This document shows positions 1 to 12,210 of a stretch of 64,000 nt of DNA, one piece after another; positions within the stretch are counted from its first letter, which is position 1, and each line of letters opens with the position of its first letter. Under the pieces are notes generated by a model that saw nothing but the letters and a program-made list of their open reading frames with translations, was not told where the DNA came from and searched no databases. The DNA is taken from positions 73,842,001 through 73,906,000 of the forward strand of contig OZ336880.1 in NCBI GenBank assembly GCA_965287045.1, written 5' to 3'. The position numbers were made by a program, and so were the translations under genes. Source of the DNA: Carcharhinus amblyrhynchos (Eukaryota).

Positions 1-685
1 GTTAAAATATTGACCGATTTATAAATAATAATGCTTAAACCCCAAGGACATCATTACATCATCAAATTCACTAACTTTAATGCCAAGGTTAAAAAAAAAC
101 TTTAGCTCCTACAAGCAGAGAGTTATAGTCAATAATTCTTTCACTCTTGCCCTTTGGCTTCAAACACTGACCAGAACTTCAACTTCAGTAAATACTTTGA
201 GGGCGATACACATTGTGAATCTTTTCTGTCAATACTAGGGAATGGAATATTTTTCTACTTGTGTGTGTTAGCATGAAGTACTCTCTTGGCAGGAAACTAT
301 AGTAAAGTCCCCAATCAAACTGAGCAGAAATCTGATTGCAACATTGTGACATTGTCATTTCCTCCCCTATCTTTACAAACTTTCTGATCAAGATGGACAT
401 TTTAGTAACCAGTAATGCTGAACATTGGGCAATTCTGTGCCTTAGATGAATCTTCTGTGAACTGCATTTAGAATGGCCTAACCCATTTCACTTGCTCATT
501 TGTTAATAACTTGTATTCATTGAACACCATTAACAGAATAAAATGTCCCAAGGCACTTGTTTAAGAAATCCAAAAAACCAGATCACTTAGCTGATAGGGC
601 ACTACTCTGTAAAATGTGAGCATCTTCATTTGGACTACCACAGCCAATGGTCATTTAGAAAGAAAAGAATGTTATTATCAAAGCA

Positions 686-1489
686 GGTGTGATCTTACCA
701 GCTCACCACGCTGGTCGATTGCGCCTGGCATTAATCTGATTGCTATCTTACCGGCTATCTTTTTACCAGTGAGAACGGCTTTGCATCCAGAAAGGGTGTG
801 AAGCCTATTGGCATAAAAATTACTACATTTAAATCCCCTTACCAAGATTGGAATGGCTGCTTCCCCCTCATAGGTGAGACGTTACGCTGGCATGAATCAC
901 TACTGCTCTGTAGTAGTGGAGATCAGGTGCCATGGGCACACAAGGGGGAATCGGAACCCACTGAAGCCCCCAGGGGTTTAGGGGCATGGCCATCAGTCTC
1001 CATTGGGCAGTGACCACCTGATACCATGACAGGGCCTGGTTGGGCACCATAAGTGTGTCAGGGCAGTGCCAAGGGGTGTGACCTAAGAGGGGGTAGGGGA
1101 TGGGATAAGTGATCAGGGGTCCACCAGGGGACTCATTGGGAGGGTCCTGGTGCCCCATTGCTGGTGACCCATGTTGGCGTGGGGGTTGACTATGGCACCG
1201 CCGATGATGGAGTGCCGGGGGGGGTCTGATGTCCATTGGGAGGGTGGGGGGGTGGGAGGAGATCACTCGTTTAATTTTTGGGGCACCATGCGCAATGGTG
1301 TACTTAGGCTTCCTCCTCTTCCTCACCCTCTTTCCCCCCAAGCCACCCCATACTGGCGCAAAGTTCCCAGCTGTCAAGAAAACGTGAGTGCTGAAAGATT
1401 GCAGAGCCAAGTTCGCCCAAAAGACCAGCATGGAGGACGGTAATTTTCATGGTGTTATGGCACTTAGAATTTTTTGGGAAAATTTCGCC
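686..1489. mobile_element. Degenerate non-autonomous DNA transposon (Harbinger-type MITE-like), GC-rich interior
   Basis: Left end ggtgtgatcttacc loosely matches the reverse complement of the right end (ggcgaaattttccc). The interior is G-rich and non-coding, and similar elements recur in the window. Confidence 0.4.
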
Positions 1490-1499
1490 AAGCATCTTT

Positions 1500-1760
1500 T
1501 TGTGTAGCTGCTATTATTTTGTGGGCAAACATGGCAGCCAATTTTGTATAATAAAGTTTCACAATCAGTAATATCTAAAATGACTAGATAATCTGCTTTT
1601 AAAGATGCTGACTGAGGAAACAAAACCCTTCAATAGTACCTTTGGTTCCTTTACATCAATGGGCAGGAAGATCCACGGCTTAACATTACATCTGAAAGAT
1701 GGTACCTCCAACAATGCAGCACTTCTGTCATCACAGTATAGTGTCAGCTTAGATTGTGTG
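1500..1760 (-). mobile_element. Old tRNA-type SINE fragment, interrupted at ~1760 and continuing at ~4496-4545
   Basis: aaacatggcagccaatttt...ctgaaagatggtacctccaacaatgcagcact...gtgtcagcttagattgtgtgct is shared with copies at 14053-14420 and 44960-45300. Confidence 0.55.
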
Positions 1761-2321
1761 CTGAATTTCTCGTGTGGAGTGGGGGTCAGGGGGGAATGGA
1801 AGTGTCAGAATGAAGAATTAACTCGTGGGTACTGGTACATGCAGAAGACTGGGAGTGAGGGAGGGTTTGTAATAGAAGCAAGAATTGTTAGCATCTTGGG
1901 AACTCAACATCCATATTTAACCATTGCTAAGTTCTGAGCACACAAGAAAACTCTTTGGAATGGGCTGATCTGAGATAGATAAATACAAGAAATAAATTAA
2001 CTCTACCTTTAACCCTGGATTCTGGCCTGTAACTGCCAGTACTTGGGTGTGTCCAAGGTTGTGTGACATTTATCAGGTTAACAAGACAAGAGCACATCAG
2101 GAAATGGTGGGGCTAACAAAATCGATAGGCTGAAAAACCCTTAAATGTCAAGTTATAATAACTGTTTCTTTTTACATGTAAAGTAATTTTTTCCTCAAAC
2201 AACCTGTTCTGAGGATGCGTTTTCATTACTTTGGGGCAGATTTCCAAGGCGTTGGAGGACTTCTTCCTTCTTAGACTTTTCTGGCTTTGATGTGAACATC
2301 TCAGTCACCCTTCTAAGCAGC

Positions 2322-3345
2322 ATGGGAGCTGGTTGTGCAACTTCATCTTGGACCTCCGCTGACGAACAAGAGGAACAGCAGCAGCAATACCAGCAGCAGC
2401 AGTGCGTAGTCTGCACATTCTCCCTGTGTCCGCATGGGCTTTCTCCGGGTGCTCCGGTTTCCTCCCACAGTCTGAAAAATGTGCTGGTCAGGTGCATTGG
2501 CCATGCTGGATTCTTCCTCAGTGTACCCGAACATGCGCCAGAGTGTGGCGACTAAGGGATTTTCACAGTAACTTCATCGCAGTGTTAATGTAAGCCTACT
2601 TGTAACACTAATGAATAAACTTAAACTTTAAAGATTTTAAGTTGCCTTCTCCTCAGTTACCTGCCACTCCACAGGACTGAGGAGGTGAACACAGAACTCC
2701 AGCTCGCAGGAGATTGATATCATCAACACAAGGTTTTAGAGGCAGAGGATCAGCTTTCCAGAGATAGGTGAAAACCAGTGCCTCAAGTGGTTCTGACTCA
2801 GGTGGCAGATCATTGCAGACATCTTCACCCTCCTAGATAAAGACCTCCTTCTAAATGGATCAGGTAGGCATGTATTGCCAGTGCTAAGTTCACCAATTCA
2901 CCTTCAACTCCTTCCAGGAATCTGCAGGATTTTCAATCCTCTGTGCACAGTTGCACAACTCAGACGACCAATGCCGTTTTGCCAAAGTCAACAATCACGT
3001 CCACTTTTGTTACTGCTGAGGATAGCCAGATGAGTGAACTGTCTGATATGCTGCTCAGACTGAATTCAAGCGAGTCATAGATTGCATCCCTGTGGCGATC
3101 AAAACACCCTTAGATCAATCAGCAGGATTCACCAATTAAAAGGGATTCAATTCTATTAATGTTCAGATGGTGTGTAACCACCAGGGTATTATCATGTATA
3201 TCTACACAAGATACCCAAGAAGTTGCCATGATTCCCACTTTCTGCATCAAGTCAACTACAAATTTTTATAGATCCAAACAGAATTTGGATGTTTATTTGG
3301 AAGCAAGGGCTACCCTCTAAGGATCTAGTTGATTACATTTGAGGA
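2322..3345 (+). pseudogene. Harbinger/HARBI1-like DDE transposase pseudogene with stops, frameshifts and a SINE insertion
   Basis: Manual translation from 3077 gives IDCIPVAIKTP...TN*KGFNSINVQMVCNHQGIIMYIYTRYPRSCHDSHFL, then GSKGYPLRI*LIT. These match the Harbinger motifs IDCTH, NRKG.HS.NVQ, PGS.HD and GD.GYP. Upstream RQRISF...QCLK...DLL...HVLPV also fits. Confidence 0.8.
2403..2635 (+). mobile_element. 5'-truncated V-SINE (HE1-like), tail type A
   Basis: V-domain gcacattctccctgtgtc...ccggtttcctcccacagtc, followed by tail ttcacagtaacttcatcgcagtgttaatgtaagcctacttgt...taaactt. Confidence 0.8.
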
Positions 3346-3445
3346 TTCCCACTATTGATTCAGGGGAAGGGTGAGGCACCCTTGGGGACCTGTGCATAGT
3401 TTCATCTGAAAGATATACTTTCCATAGAGGGAGCACAATACAGAT

Positions 3446-3750
3446 TCACAGAATTCCTGAATCCCTACAGTGCAAAAGGTGGCCATTTGGCCCATCAAGT
3501 CTGCGCCAACTATAATCCCACATATTGACCCCACTAATTCCCCGATACAAGGGTCAATTTAGCATGGCCAATCAACTTAACCCGCACCTCTTTGGACTGT
3601 GGGAGGATACTGGAACATCTGGAGGAAACCCATGCAGATACGGGGAGAATGTGCAAACTCCACACAGACAGTGACTCAAGGCCAGAATTGAATCCAGGTC
3701 CCTGGCACTGTGAGGCAGCAGTGCTAACCACTGTGTCACTGTGCCGCCCC
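3446..3750 (-). mobile_element. V-SINE (HE1-like) with CR1-derived tail (type B)
   Basis: tRNA-like head (ggcggcacagtg...tggttagcactgctgcctcacag...ttcaattc), a V-domain, and tail gatgggccaaatggccaccttttgcactgtagggattc. Confidence 0.85.
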
Positions 3751-3754
3751 AATG

Positions 3755-4040
3755 TGCAATGGAAATGGCAGGATTGTATTACAAGGAGAGATTGAGAAAA
3801 CTGGGCCTATATTCTCCCGAAGGATGAGGCGTGATCTCATTGAAAACAAACTACGTTCTTACAGGGAGCAACAGCACAGATATAGATAGGATGTTTGCCC
3901 TGGCTGATGAGTCCAGGGCTAGGGGACATAATCTCAGAATAAGGGGTAGGGCATTTAAGACATTTAAGCAGGAATTTCTTTGCTCAGAGGGTGATGAATC
4001 TTTGGAATTCTCTACCTCAGAGGACTGTGGAAGCTCAATA
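3755..4040 (+). mobile_element. CR1 LINE 3' ORF2 fragment
   Basis: Translates as DIDRMFALADESRARGHNLRIRGRAFK, a CR1 ORF2 C-terminal motif. Confidence 0.75.
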
Positions 4041-6319
4041 CAATTGCAAGAGGACATCTTTATTTCTGCACTTAAACGCTCTTGTGATGAAGACCAACAG
4101 ATCATTTGCCTTCCTTGTTGCTTGCTGAACCTGCATGCTAACTTTTAGTGATTCACAAACAAGGCCACTCTCCGTTCACAGGGGAGTGGAACGCTGCTGG
4201 CAGCGTTCCAGTGTTGAGGCTCCATCAGTATGATGCTGGTTCTTTCGCCATAATTGTAGAAATACTCCATTCAGTGCCTTGCCAGGGTCCCTTTAAATCA
4301 GGGCTTGAGTAGTCAGGTGTGGGTTGTCATTACGTCCACACACCAGTTTTGACTTGTTAGGAAACCTGGATGTGGCATGTTAATGCTATGGTTAAATTAA
4401 ATAGCAACCTGCAAATCTACTCCATTATTTTTTCAGGTTTCCAACCAGCTAATGGCCTCCTCTACAGTGGGCAGGTCTGAATATTAAAATTCGGCTCTGC
4501 TGTGGAGCTTGAACCCACGAACAAAGAGCAAAAGGCTGTATCAATAGATCAAGATGCTTTCATTGTTACAGCACTCAAGATCACAAGAATTTTCTGTTCT
4601 ATTGAGGCTATGGTGGTCAGGGCACCACTTTCAAATCAAGATTATCACTTTGCACTTGGTTTTAGACTGGTGTTAATTTTCCTAAAATGCTAATTTCCAT
4701 CATATTGTCAGAATTATGAATTTTTTAAACTACTACATGTTTCTGCATGTCAGCAACCATTTGCTTTACACATCACAGGGAATACATTGGGCAGCACTGA
4801 TTGCAAGTCTGGCCAAGTATTAGTTTTTCTCATCTATGTTTGATTTCCTTATACTTTATTAACCATTATCGGCTGAAAAACAATTTGAATACAGAGTGGA
4901 AATCTGCAAATGGTAGGATCAGGCTTAAGGAGTTAATAGTTTGAAGTACTTCCTCATTCTGATCAGATTTCTGTGATTGGATAAAATTGGAAACTTGACA
5001 GGACAAATAAATGACAAAAAATTCTTGGTGGAATTTTTGGAGATATATCTAGCTCACTGCCATTACTGAAAGAGTGTTTGCAACAAATCAGTTTATTTTC
5101 CTTTCCTCCCGCAATCTCTAGCGTTTCTTTTCCAAAACTCAAGTGGTCATTCTTCAAGTGTGAATCTAGACAGTTGCCCGTGATTATAAAATATTTTCCA
5201 GTGCTATATGCAGCGACACCAGCAGCAAACAGAACAAAACACCCTTATTGTCTGAATCATGGCCCAGCAGTGTGTGATCCTTTGTATTAGCTAGTGTCTT
5301 TCTTTTACAGTTTTGTGTTGCTCACTGCTGTTCACTAAGGTTCATGTTAAAACTGTCTAAACTAAATTTGCACAGGAACGATTGAAAGGGATTTTCATTC
5401 CATCAATCTGGGTTTGATTCAATTCCAGGTCCCAGAGATGAAAGGACAGTGTGCTAACCCACTGCACCACCCAATCCCCATATGACCAACCTCCAGTCAC
5501 TGCTTGAAAATGTTTCCAGGCCATGATAAATACTGTACATTCAGCATGTGGTGACATTCTTGTCAATCACATTTATGTTTCACTGCCAGAATTTAACACT
5601 CCCTAAAATGAACCATAGATATAGAAAGGGGGCACCGATTCACGGAAATGCTGTAAGAGACAATTGACCTCATCATTCATTCAGGGAAGTAACAACTGCA
5701 AAAATATAAGAGCACACATTAATGAATTAGAAAAGGTTCAAATACTGGATGCAGCTGGAGAGTTGGCAACAGTTTCCCTTTAAAGCTCAGACCTAACCAG
5801 AGGAATGTGCAGTATGCAGGAATGATGAGGAACAGAACTGTGCACTCAGCATTCTGAAGTATTATGAGCTGGCATCTGAACCATTGCCAAGTTAATAGAC
5901 ATTGAAAGATAATGACCTTGAAATTGTGTGTTAAATTGCGTTTTTGTTTTGCACATTTTTGACCTAATTGACAGGGGTTTACCATTTTGCAGAGTTAAAC
6001 TAATGGGATTCTTTTTATGTTAAAGTTTCATTTAAATAGCTACTGAAATTACAGCGATGATAAACCGGTCCAGTAAAAAGCTATCAATGAATTAATGCTG
6101 CCGTTGCTTTAGTTAACAAAATACCAGACGATTTTCAGAAAAGCACTGCAGTGTAAGCCAGTTAAGTTACTAGATTCTTTGGCCTTTTCACGTTACGGTT
6201 TGACTTTAGTCAAGAAACACATGCTTCCCATTGAGAATCCAGTTGAATTTTGGAATTGTTCTATGAAACTCTATTATATCTGATAAATACGTAAAAACTT
6301 AAAGAATTCAGGGAAAATA

Positions 6320-6640
6320 GAGGTTTAGCAGTAATGTCACTGAACAGTCCTACTGCTGGAATTTAAATTCTATTAATAAAGTCTGGAATTGAAAGGTGCT
6401 CTTAGTATTGGCAACCATAAACCATCAATTCTCATAAAACCTCTGATTTATTAATGTCCTTTAGGGAAGGAAATCAGCCAGCCTGGTCTGGCATTCATGT
6501 GACTCCAGATCCACAGTAATGTAGTTGTTTCTTAGCTGCCCTTTGAAATGGTTGAGCAAGCCACTCAGTTCAAGGACAATTGGGAGTAGGCAACAAATCC
6601 TGGCCTTGCCAATGATGCTCACATCCCACAAAATAATAAA
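6320..6640 (+). mobile_element. Short interspersed element made of a LINE 5' UTR plus a LINE-type 3' tail
   Basis: The 5' part matches 54150-54851. The 3' tail ggcaacaaatcctggccttgccaatgatgctcacatcccac...aataaa recurs at ~60625-60682. Confidence 0.65.
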
Positions 6641-6904
6641 TGCCATATGATTGCGCAGAATAGAGGAAGAAATGTATGCTTACAGTTGTATCTACACACA
6701 AGCAGTTCTGGTACTATAAATTTACATTAGCTTTATCGTTATAAATATAATCTGTAGGCATAACTTAAATGATCATTGTAAGATATCAACCAACAAGAAA
6801 TCTACAAGCTATTCTAGTGCATGCAGGTATCCTTTTATACAAACATTAGTTGATTGCACTTAACCATATCTGCAGAAAGTGCCAACAGCTTAAGTATCTT
6901 GGGC

Positions 6905-8060
6905 TCTAAGTTGCAGAACAGGAGTCTGAATTGCGGACATTGAGTGGGCATTAGAGAGTGGGAGAGTTATCTGGACACTGTGTTCCAGAATGCAGTCACT
7001 CGTTTTAGGTTAGGCAGAACGCTAGACTTCGTCCTGGTCAGGGACAGGAGGATGCGACTGAGAGTCAGGCAGGGAAGGGGAACCTGCATAGGGTGATGAA
7101 GCTGCTTCAGTCGCTCAGTCTCTCCAACAAATACAAGGTGCTTGCAATCTGTGAGGATGAGGAGAAGAGTTGTAATGTTGATGAATGGACTGACCATGGT
7201 ACCTTGGTGAAGGAAGCCATTTAAGCAGAGGGAGTAAAGGGGGAATATGGAAGTGACAAGGGACAGCACAGTCAAAGGGATTGGATTGAAACTGTTTCCT
7301 GCAGTTGGGAGCATGAGTCCAGATGGCTGTGTTGCCTGCCTGGTGCCAGGGTCCAACATGTCTGCTCAGGGCTGGTGAGGAACTTGCAGTGGGAGGGGAA
7401 GGATCCTGTGGCCTTGCTCCACATAGGTATCAGCAACATAGGTAAGACGAGGAAAGAGGTTCTGCATTGACAGTATGAGGAGATGGACACTAAATTAAGA
7501 AACTGAACCTCAAAAGGTAATAATCTTGGAAGCATTAAGTGAACCATGTGCAAATTGACAATGGGTAAATAAAATTAGAGAGGTTACTCAAGGACTGGTG
7601 TAGGAGAAATACATTCTGGTTCATGGGGTACTAGCACCAGTACTGGGAAATGTTGGAGCTGTATCATTGTGAACTTGTACCATTGGGAACCTAAACAGCG
7701 TCCAGACCAGTATTCCAGCAAGCTTAATAACTAGGGAAATGGCAAGGGTTTTAAACTAAACAGTCGGGGCAAGGAATCAAATTTGGGAAGATGTGGTAAA
7801 TCAAAGTGCAGAGTCAAGGCAAGTGAGAAATATATTAACATGGGAAATGGTAAACAGACTGTGGCAGGAAGGGACAGAGAGTACAAATCGAAGAATAAAT
7901 CAGCAGATAAGGCTCGAGGTTACAAAAATAATAAAAGAACAAAACTAAAGGCTCTGTATCTGAATGCACATGGCATTCAAAACAAAACAAATGAATTGAT
8001 GGTGCAAAGAGAAGTAAATAAGTATGATCGCATAACCATTTCAGAGGCATGGCTAAAGTC
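6905..8060 (+). mobile_element. CR1 LINE 5' part: ORF1 esterase (SGNH) relic and start of the ORF2 endonuclease
   Basis: Translates as ESRWLCCLPGARVQHV...WEGKDPVALLHIGISNIG (ORF1 esterase), then LKALYLNAHGIQNKTNEL...YDRITISEAWL (endonuclease N-terminus). Confidence 0.75.
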
Positions 8061-8868
8061 CCACACGGGCCACGCACAGGCTGGTCCCTTTAAGATGTTG
8101 CAGGTGCATGATCATTCAAAAAAAACTTAAGAGAGCATGCACTTAAATAAATCATCATGCACTTTAACTTGACAATGAATTAGAGGAATACTCCTCAAAT
8201 TTCTTGCCACTTACCCTCAGCTCTGGCATGGTTTTTTTTATTGAACCTAACTTTCAGACACTTAACTTTCAAGGCAAGACAACTGATCCATTCAAGGGTT
8301 AACCTGCTAGATGTTTGGCATTGATAACAAGTTTGGCTTAATCTTAGGTCAGCTAAACATCTGGAAAGAGATAGATGTGTTCACAACCATTTTTTAAAAA
8401 AATCTTGAAGTTGTTCAATGGATTTGATACACCATGCAAATTCAAACCATCTTAACACAGCAGTGTCTCAACATTTGTTGTCCCTAATGTAGTTCACTGG
8501 AATCAGTCAATTCCTGTTCATGCAGCACCAGAAGCACTGGTTTTCCTGTTCATCCTAATTTAAATAAACAGAACATACAATATCTAAACTTTTCTATCTT
8601 TTAAAATTTTGAGGTTTAATTTTTTGAACTCAATTAGCAATGCTCAGTAAACACAAAACTTTTTTTGAACAGTAGCAGTTTTCAATTAGTGTTGTGAATG
8701 TTTTGGCTTAGTTCTAATTTATTCAATTACAAAATAAAGATGGAAGAAACAGTTCAGGTGTTCATTGCATTGATACTTCAGCCTGCAATGTAATGGGCAG
8801 CAGCTTGTAAATGCAACTTTTGATAAACAAATGATTATCAAGTTTTTCATGTTGATTAAATAAACTAC

Positions 8869-8960
8869 CTTAATAACATTCCTTCTTGCAAGATCTGGTC
8901 TTTTGCAGAAGTTTTGAAGCCTTTTAAACAGCTGTTCAGGTGTAGAATAGAGGTACAAAT
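8869..8960 (-). CDS. GTDC1: GTDC1/QTMAN coding exon (D)[30 protein letters not shown]
   Basis: Acceptor tttacAG and donor GTagtt; 92 nt, phase 1 to 0. Matches recalled human [22 protein letters not shown]. Confidence 0.93.
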
Positions 8961-9882
8961 CTGTAAATAAATCAGATGGATGTATTTGTGAAGCATGCCT
9001 TGGGGAAGGTATGTATGTAAACATTAAGTTACTTTACTGATTAACACTTGTATATTGTTCAGTTTTCCATGGGAATCTGAAACAAACAAACAGAGCAAAG
9101 TTGTGGCATTAGATCAAATGGATCTATGGGAGGACATTATACACTTTGCAATGCTAAACTCATGGTGAACCATCCGTACCCTTGCTTGAAAATGTAGCTT
9201 TCTTTATCTCAATACTATCCTTCATTTGTTCTCCTGTCACCTCTCAAGTTGCAACTTGACAATTCTACAACTGTGCCACATGTAGGGAAGGTTCTGTCAA
9301 AATCAGCAAAGGGCAATTTCTTGGAATTGCTCTCACTCAGCCGCCATTATTTCACATCCAGCAATGTGGTGTTGATGGAACGGGAGCAGCTCCGATGAAC
9401 TTTATGGGCCATGTCTTCAGAAAGCAACATAGTGGTTACAGTGCGTGTGTGTGTGTATACTGGCAGGCTTTAGTAAGGTGCCATCTTCAAAATAGACATT
9501 AACTCACTGGTGCCTCAAAATGCCAAGCAGAATAAGGATGCTGGCTTGGAGTTTGGCCATAGTTTGCTGATGCGCCTTTGAATTCATGCTGGCATTAAAC
9601 TAGGCTCTTAAAGGGATGAGGGTTTTGTGGTGAAGACTAGAGTGCACAATTTGGCTATGTTCTGCCACGATACCTGTTTTGCAGCTTAGTATACATTGGA
9701 TTAAATCCAGTACCGAGTTGCCAATAGAAACTTGGTAGAAAATTCTGGCAATATCCAACCCACTGGTAAAACAACATTTTTTCCTAACAAAGGGTAGCCT
9801 ATTCTACAGAGGCACAAGGTTTCTACAATGCACAAACTGCTTAAACAAATATACTGGCACACAGCAAAATTATCTGTAACAC

Positions 9883-9940
9883 ATAAATTTAATAAAGAAT
9901 TCAATAAATTCAATAAGGTATTTAATAAATTCAATAACAA
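9883..9940. repeat. AT-rich short tandem repeat (aataaattc/aataaattt units)
   Basis: ataaatttaataaagaattcaataaattcaataaggtatttaataaattcaataa. Confidence 0.5.
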
Positions 9941-10437
9941 ATGAAGTGGAAGCTTCTTTAACCTGTGAGTGTTTAGAATGTGGGAATTTCATGGAGTACA
10001 GCTTGGCATAGATGCCTGTAAGGGAATTTCGGATAACTACATGACAAGAAAGGAATAGGAGATGCAGTTGAAACTTAAGTGAAGTAGGGTTGGCGGCTTG
10101 TGAGGCACATAAAAAACAGATTAGTTGGATTGAAAAGCATTGTTCTGTGCTATGGATCCTATGTAATTTTAAATTCTCTCTTTCATATAAGCATTCATTT
10201 TATAGGTCAAATCCTTTTTTCCCTACAAGAAGAGTTATGTATATCGGCACAATCAACATAGTAGTTATTTATCAGAAAGATTCAAAAATGGTTATGTTAA
10301 GGGTTTGCTCCTAATAGGTAATAATGGCTTACAATTGCACAACTAAGGTATGAAATGAATAACTGGCAGATTCTTTGGGCTCTTGGGGCTGTTTCGATGA
10401 GCAATATTTATGCACTGAGTTGGAGGTCGCTGTCGCC

Positions 10438-10707
10438 ATGGGATCCGGGCCAGAGCTGCCGGACCATCGGAGCTGGAGCGTGGCGGGGACCCCGCTGGAG
10501 GTCGTCCAGGAAAGGCTGCGGCGGCGGGGCCTCCAGGACCCCTGGGCCCGCAATGAGGCCTGGCGGTTCAGTGGAGGCTTTGCTAAACCGATTGCTTTCA
10601 GTGATATCTTCTTTCGAGGCTTCAAGTGGGGATTTGCAGCTTTTGTCGTGGCTCTGGGTGCTGAATATGCCCTGCTTTCTCCCAAGAATAACGGAAGACA
10701 TCACTAG
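10438..10707 (+). CDS. NDUFB3: Intronless NADH:ubiquinone oxidoreductase subunit B3 (B12) ORF, 89 aa; probable retrocopy
   Basis: [43 protein letters not shown]...[20 protein letters not shown] matches the NDUFB3 signature. Kozak context gtcgccATGG, TAG stop, and AATAAA at 10820-10825. Confidence 0.9.
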   Translation: MGSGPELPDHRSWSVAGTPLEVVQERLRRRGLQDPWARNEAWRFSGGFAKPIAFSDIFFRGFKWGFAAFVVALGAEYALLSPKNNGRHH

Positions 10708-10819
10708 AGAATGACGATCAAAGAACATTGAAATTCTGCGGAACTTCAGCATCTCCTCACCGTTCCACCTTGGGTGGGCTGTGACTTGTGCATGGAACAA
10801 GTAGCAAACCTCTGTATAG

Positions 10820-10825
10820 AATAAA
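10820..10825 (+). promoter_or_regulatory. Polyadenylation signal of the NDUFB3 copy
   Basis: AATAAA about 112 nt after the stop codon. Confidence 0.55.
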
Positions 10826-11249
10826 ATAATGTATTGAATCTGTTTCTGTGATTTCAGTCACAGTTCTTTTAAAGCTTTTCCTCCATTGAAAGAAAAAGAA
10901 ACTTTGTTTCATTCAGTAGTTTTCTTTGTTAGCCCTTTATTGGCTTAATTTAGTTCTCGCACTTGGTTTATAAAAAAAGGATTCTATGCGTTCTCAGCTT
11001 TCCAACATTTATAAATGTTTCATACTCTTTTTACAATTTAGCTCTGTAAAACATGCTTTACAGTCACAATTTCTATTTAGAAACTTGAGCCTCTAAAACA
11101 CATTGCACTTGGTGTGGCCTGGAACTTGACAGCAACAGGGATCGCATCACTTAGAAGGCACTTTCACTGATAACATTCGATCCCAGTGATCCATTGGACT
11201 GATTTTAAATGTCTGAGGGAACTGTGGAGGATTTTGTAGACTTTTTTTT

Positions 11250-11520
11250 ATGCATTCATGCCTTGCCCCGATGCTTGCTGACTTACACTGGTTCCCAGCC
11301 CAACAATGCTTCAGGTTTTTCATCCTTGTTTTTAAATCTTTGTTTTCACCTATGTCTATTTCTGTACTAGCTCCAGCCCTGCAACTCTCTGAGATCTCTG
11401 GACTTCAATTCCTGGACATCTCTAATTATGATCACTCAACCATTGGTCAAATGGTCAGCTGTCTAGTCCCTAAGCTCTGGAATTCCCTCTTATAAATTTT
11501 CATATGTCTCCTGCTTAATA
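11250..11520 (+). mobile_element. L2 LINE 3' fragment
   Basis: PMLADLHWFP...ILVFKSL...PKLWNSL motifs. Confidence 0.65.
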
Positions 11521-11525
11521 ATTAT

Positions 11526-12210
11526 TAAGAACATAAGAACATAAGAAATAGGAGCAGGAGTAGGCCATCTGGCCCTTCGAGCCTGCCCCGCCATTCAATA
11601 AGATCATGGCTGATCTGTCGCTGCTCAGTTCCACTTTCCTGCCCTCTCCCCATAACCCTTAATCCCCTCTCCTATCAAAAACCCATCAACCTGCGTCTTA
11701 AAAATATTTAGCGAGGCAGCCTCCACCACTTCAACGGGCAGAGAATTCCAGAGATTCACCACCCTTTGAGTGAAGAAGTTTCTCCTCAACTCCGTTCTAA
11801 ACCGCCCCCCTTTTATCTTGAGGCTGTGCCCCCTAGTCCTACTGTCTTTTCTGAGCGGGAAGAGTCTTTCCACCTCTATCCTATCCATCCCATTCATCAT
11901 CTTATACGTCTCAATGAGATCTCCCCTCATTCTTCTAAACTCTAACGAGTACAAGCCTAGTTTATTCAGCCTCTCCTCATAGCTCAACCCCCTCAACTCC
12001 GGTATCAGCCTAGTAAACCTCCTCTGCACTCCCTGCAAGGCCAAAATATCTTTGCGCAGGTGCGGCGCCCAAAACGGCACCCAGTACTCCAGCTGCGGCC
12101 TCACCAATGCCCTATACAGCTGCAGCAAGACCTCCCTACTTTTATATTCAATCCCCCTCGCTATGAAGGCCAGCATCCCATTCACCTTCCTGACCACCTG
12201 CTGCACCTGC
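11526..12210 (-). mobile_element. Young 5'-truncated CR1 (HER1-like) LINE, subfamily 1
   Basis: Uninterrupted ORF2 C-terminus (LYRALVRPQLEY...RGHSLKI...VVNLWNSLP), a 3' UTR and a (tcttatgt)n tail. Near-identical to 55761-56733. Confidence 0.92.

Larger units (their letters stand above)
1760..4495 (+). mobile_element. Decayed PIF/Harbinger DNA transposon carrying nested insertions
   Basis: Imperfect terminal inverted repeats gctgaatttct (1760) and taaaattcggc (4485-4495). It contains a transposase relic, and the host SINE resumes right after 4495. Confidence 0.55.

Noticed and set aside
2195-2593. Poly-Gln, poly-Cys and poly-Leu ORFs suggesting a host gene
   Set aside because: A CAG-rich tract fused to a V-SINE. 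It is better explained as a transposon relic.
3534-3795. Recurrent peptides such as LEETHADTGRMCKLHT and SLHILPVSAWVSS (also at 16.1, 17.2 and 54.6 kb)
   Set aside because: These are translations of V-SINE copies, not genes.
5497-5532. Possible GTDC1 terminal exon (tacAG|YLSWPGNIFKQ*)
   Set aside because: The acceptor is weak and there is only an SW match to the expected FSWAAL-type C-terminus. The last exon probably lies outside the window or was missed.
10329-10800. Overlapping ORFs 10329-10685(-), 10355-10714(+), 10408-10800(-) and the 21-aa extension from 10375
   Set aside because: These are shadow frames of the GC-rich NDUFB3 copy. The extension starts at TTG and lies outside the homologous region.
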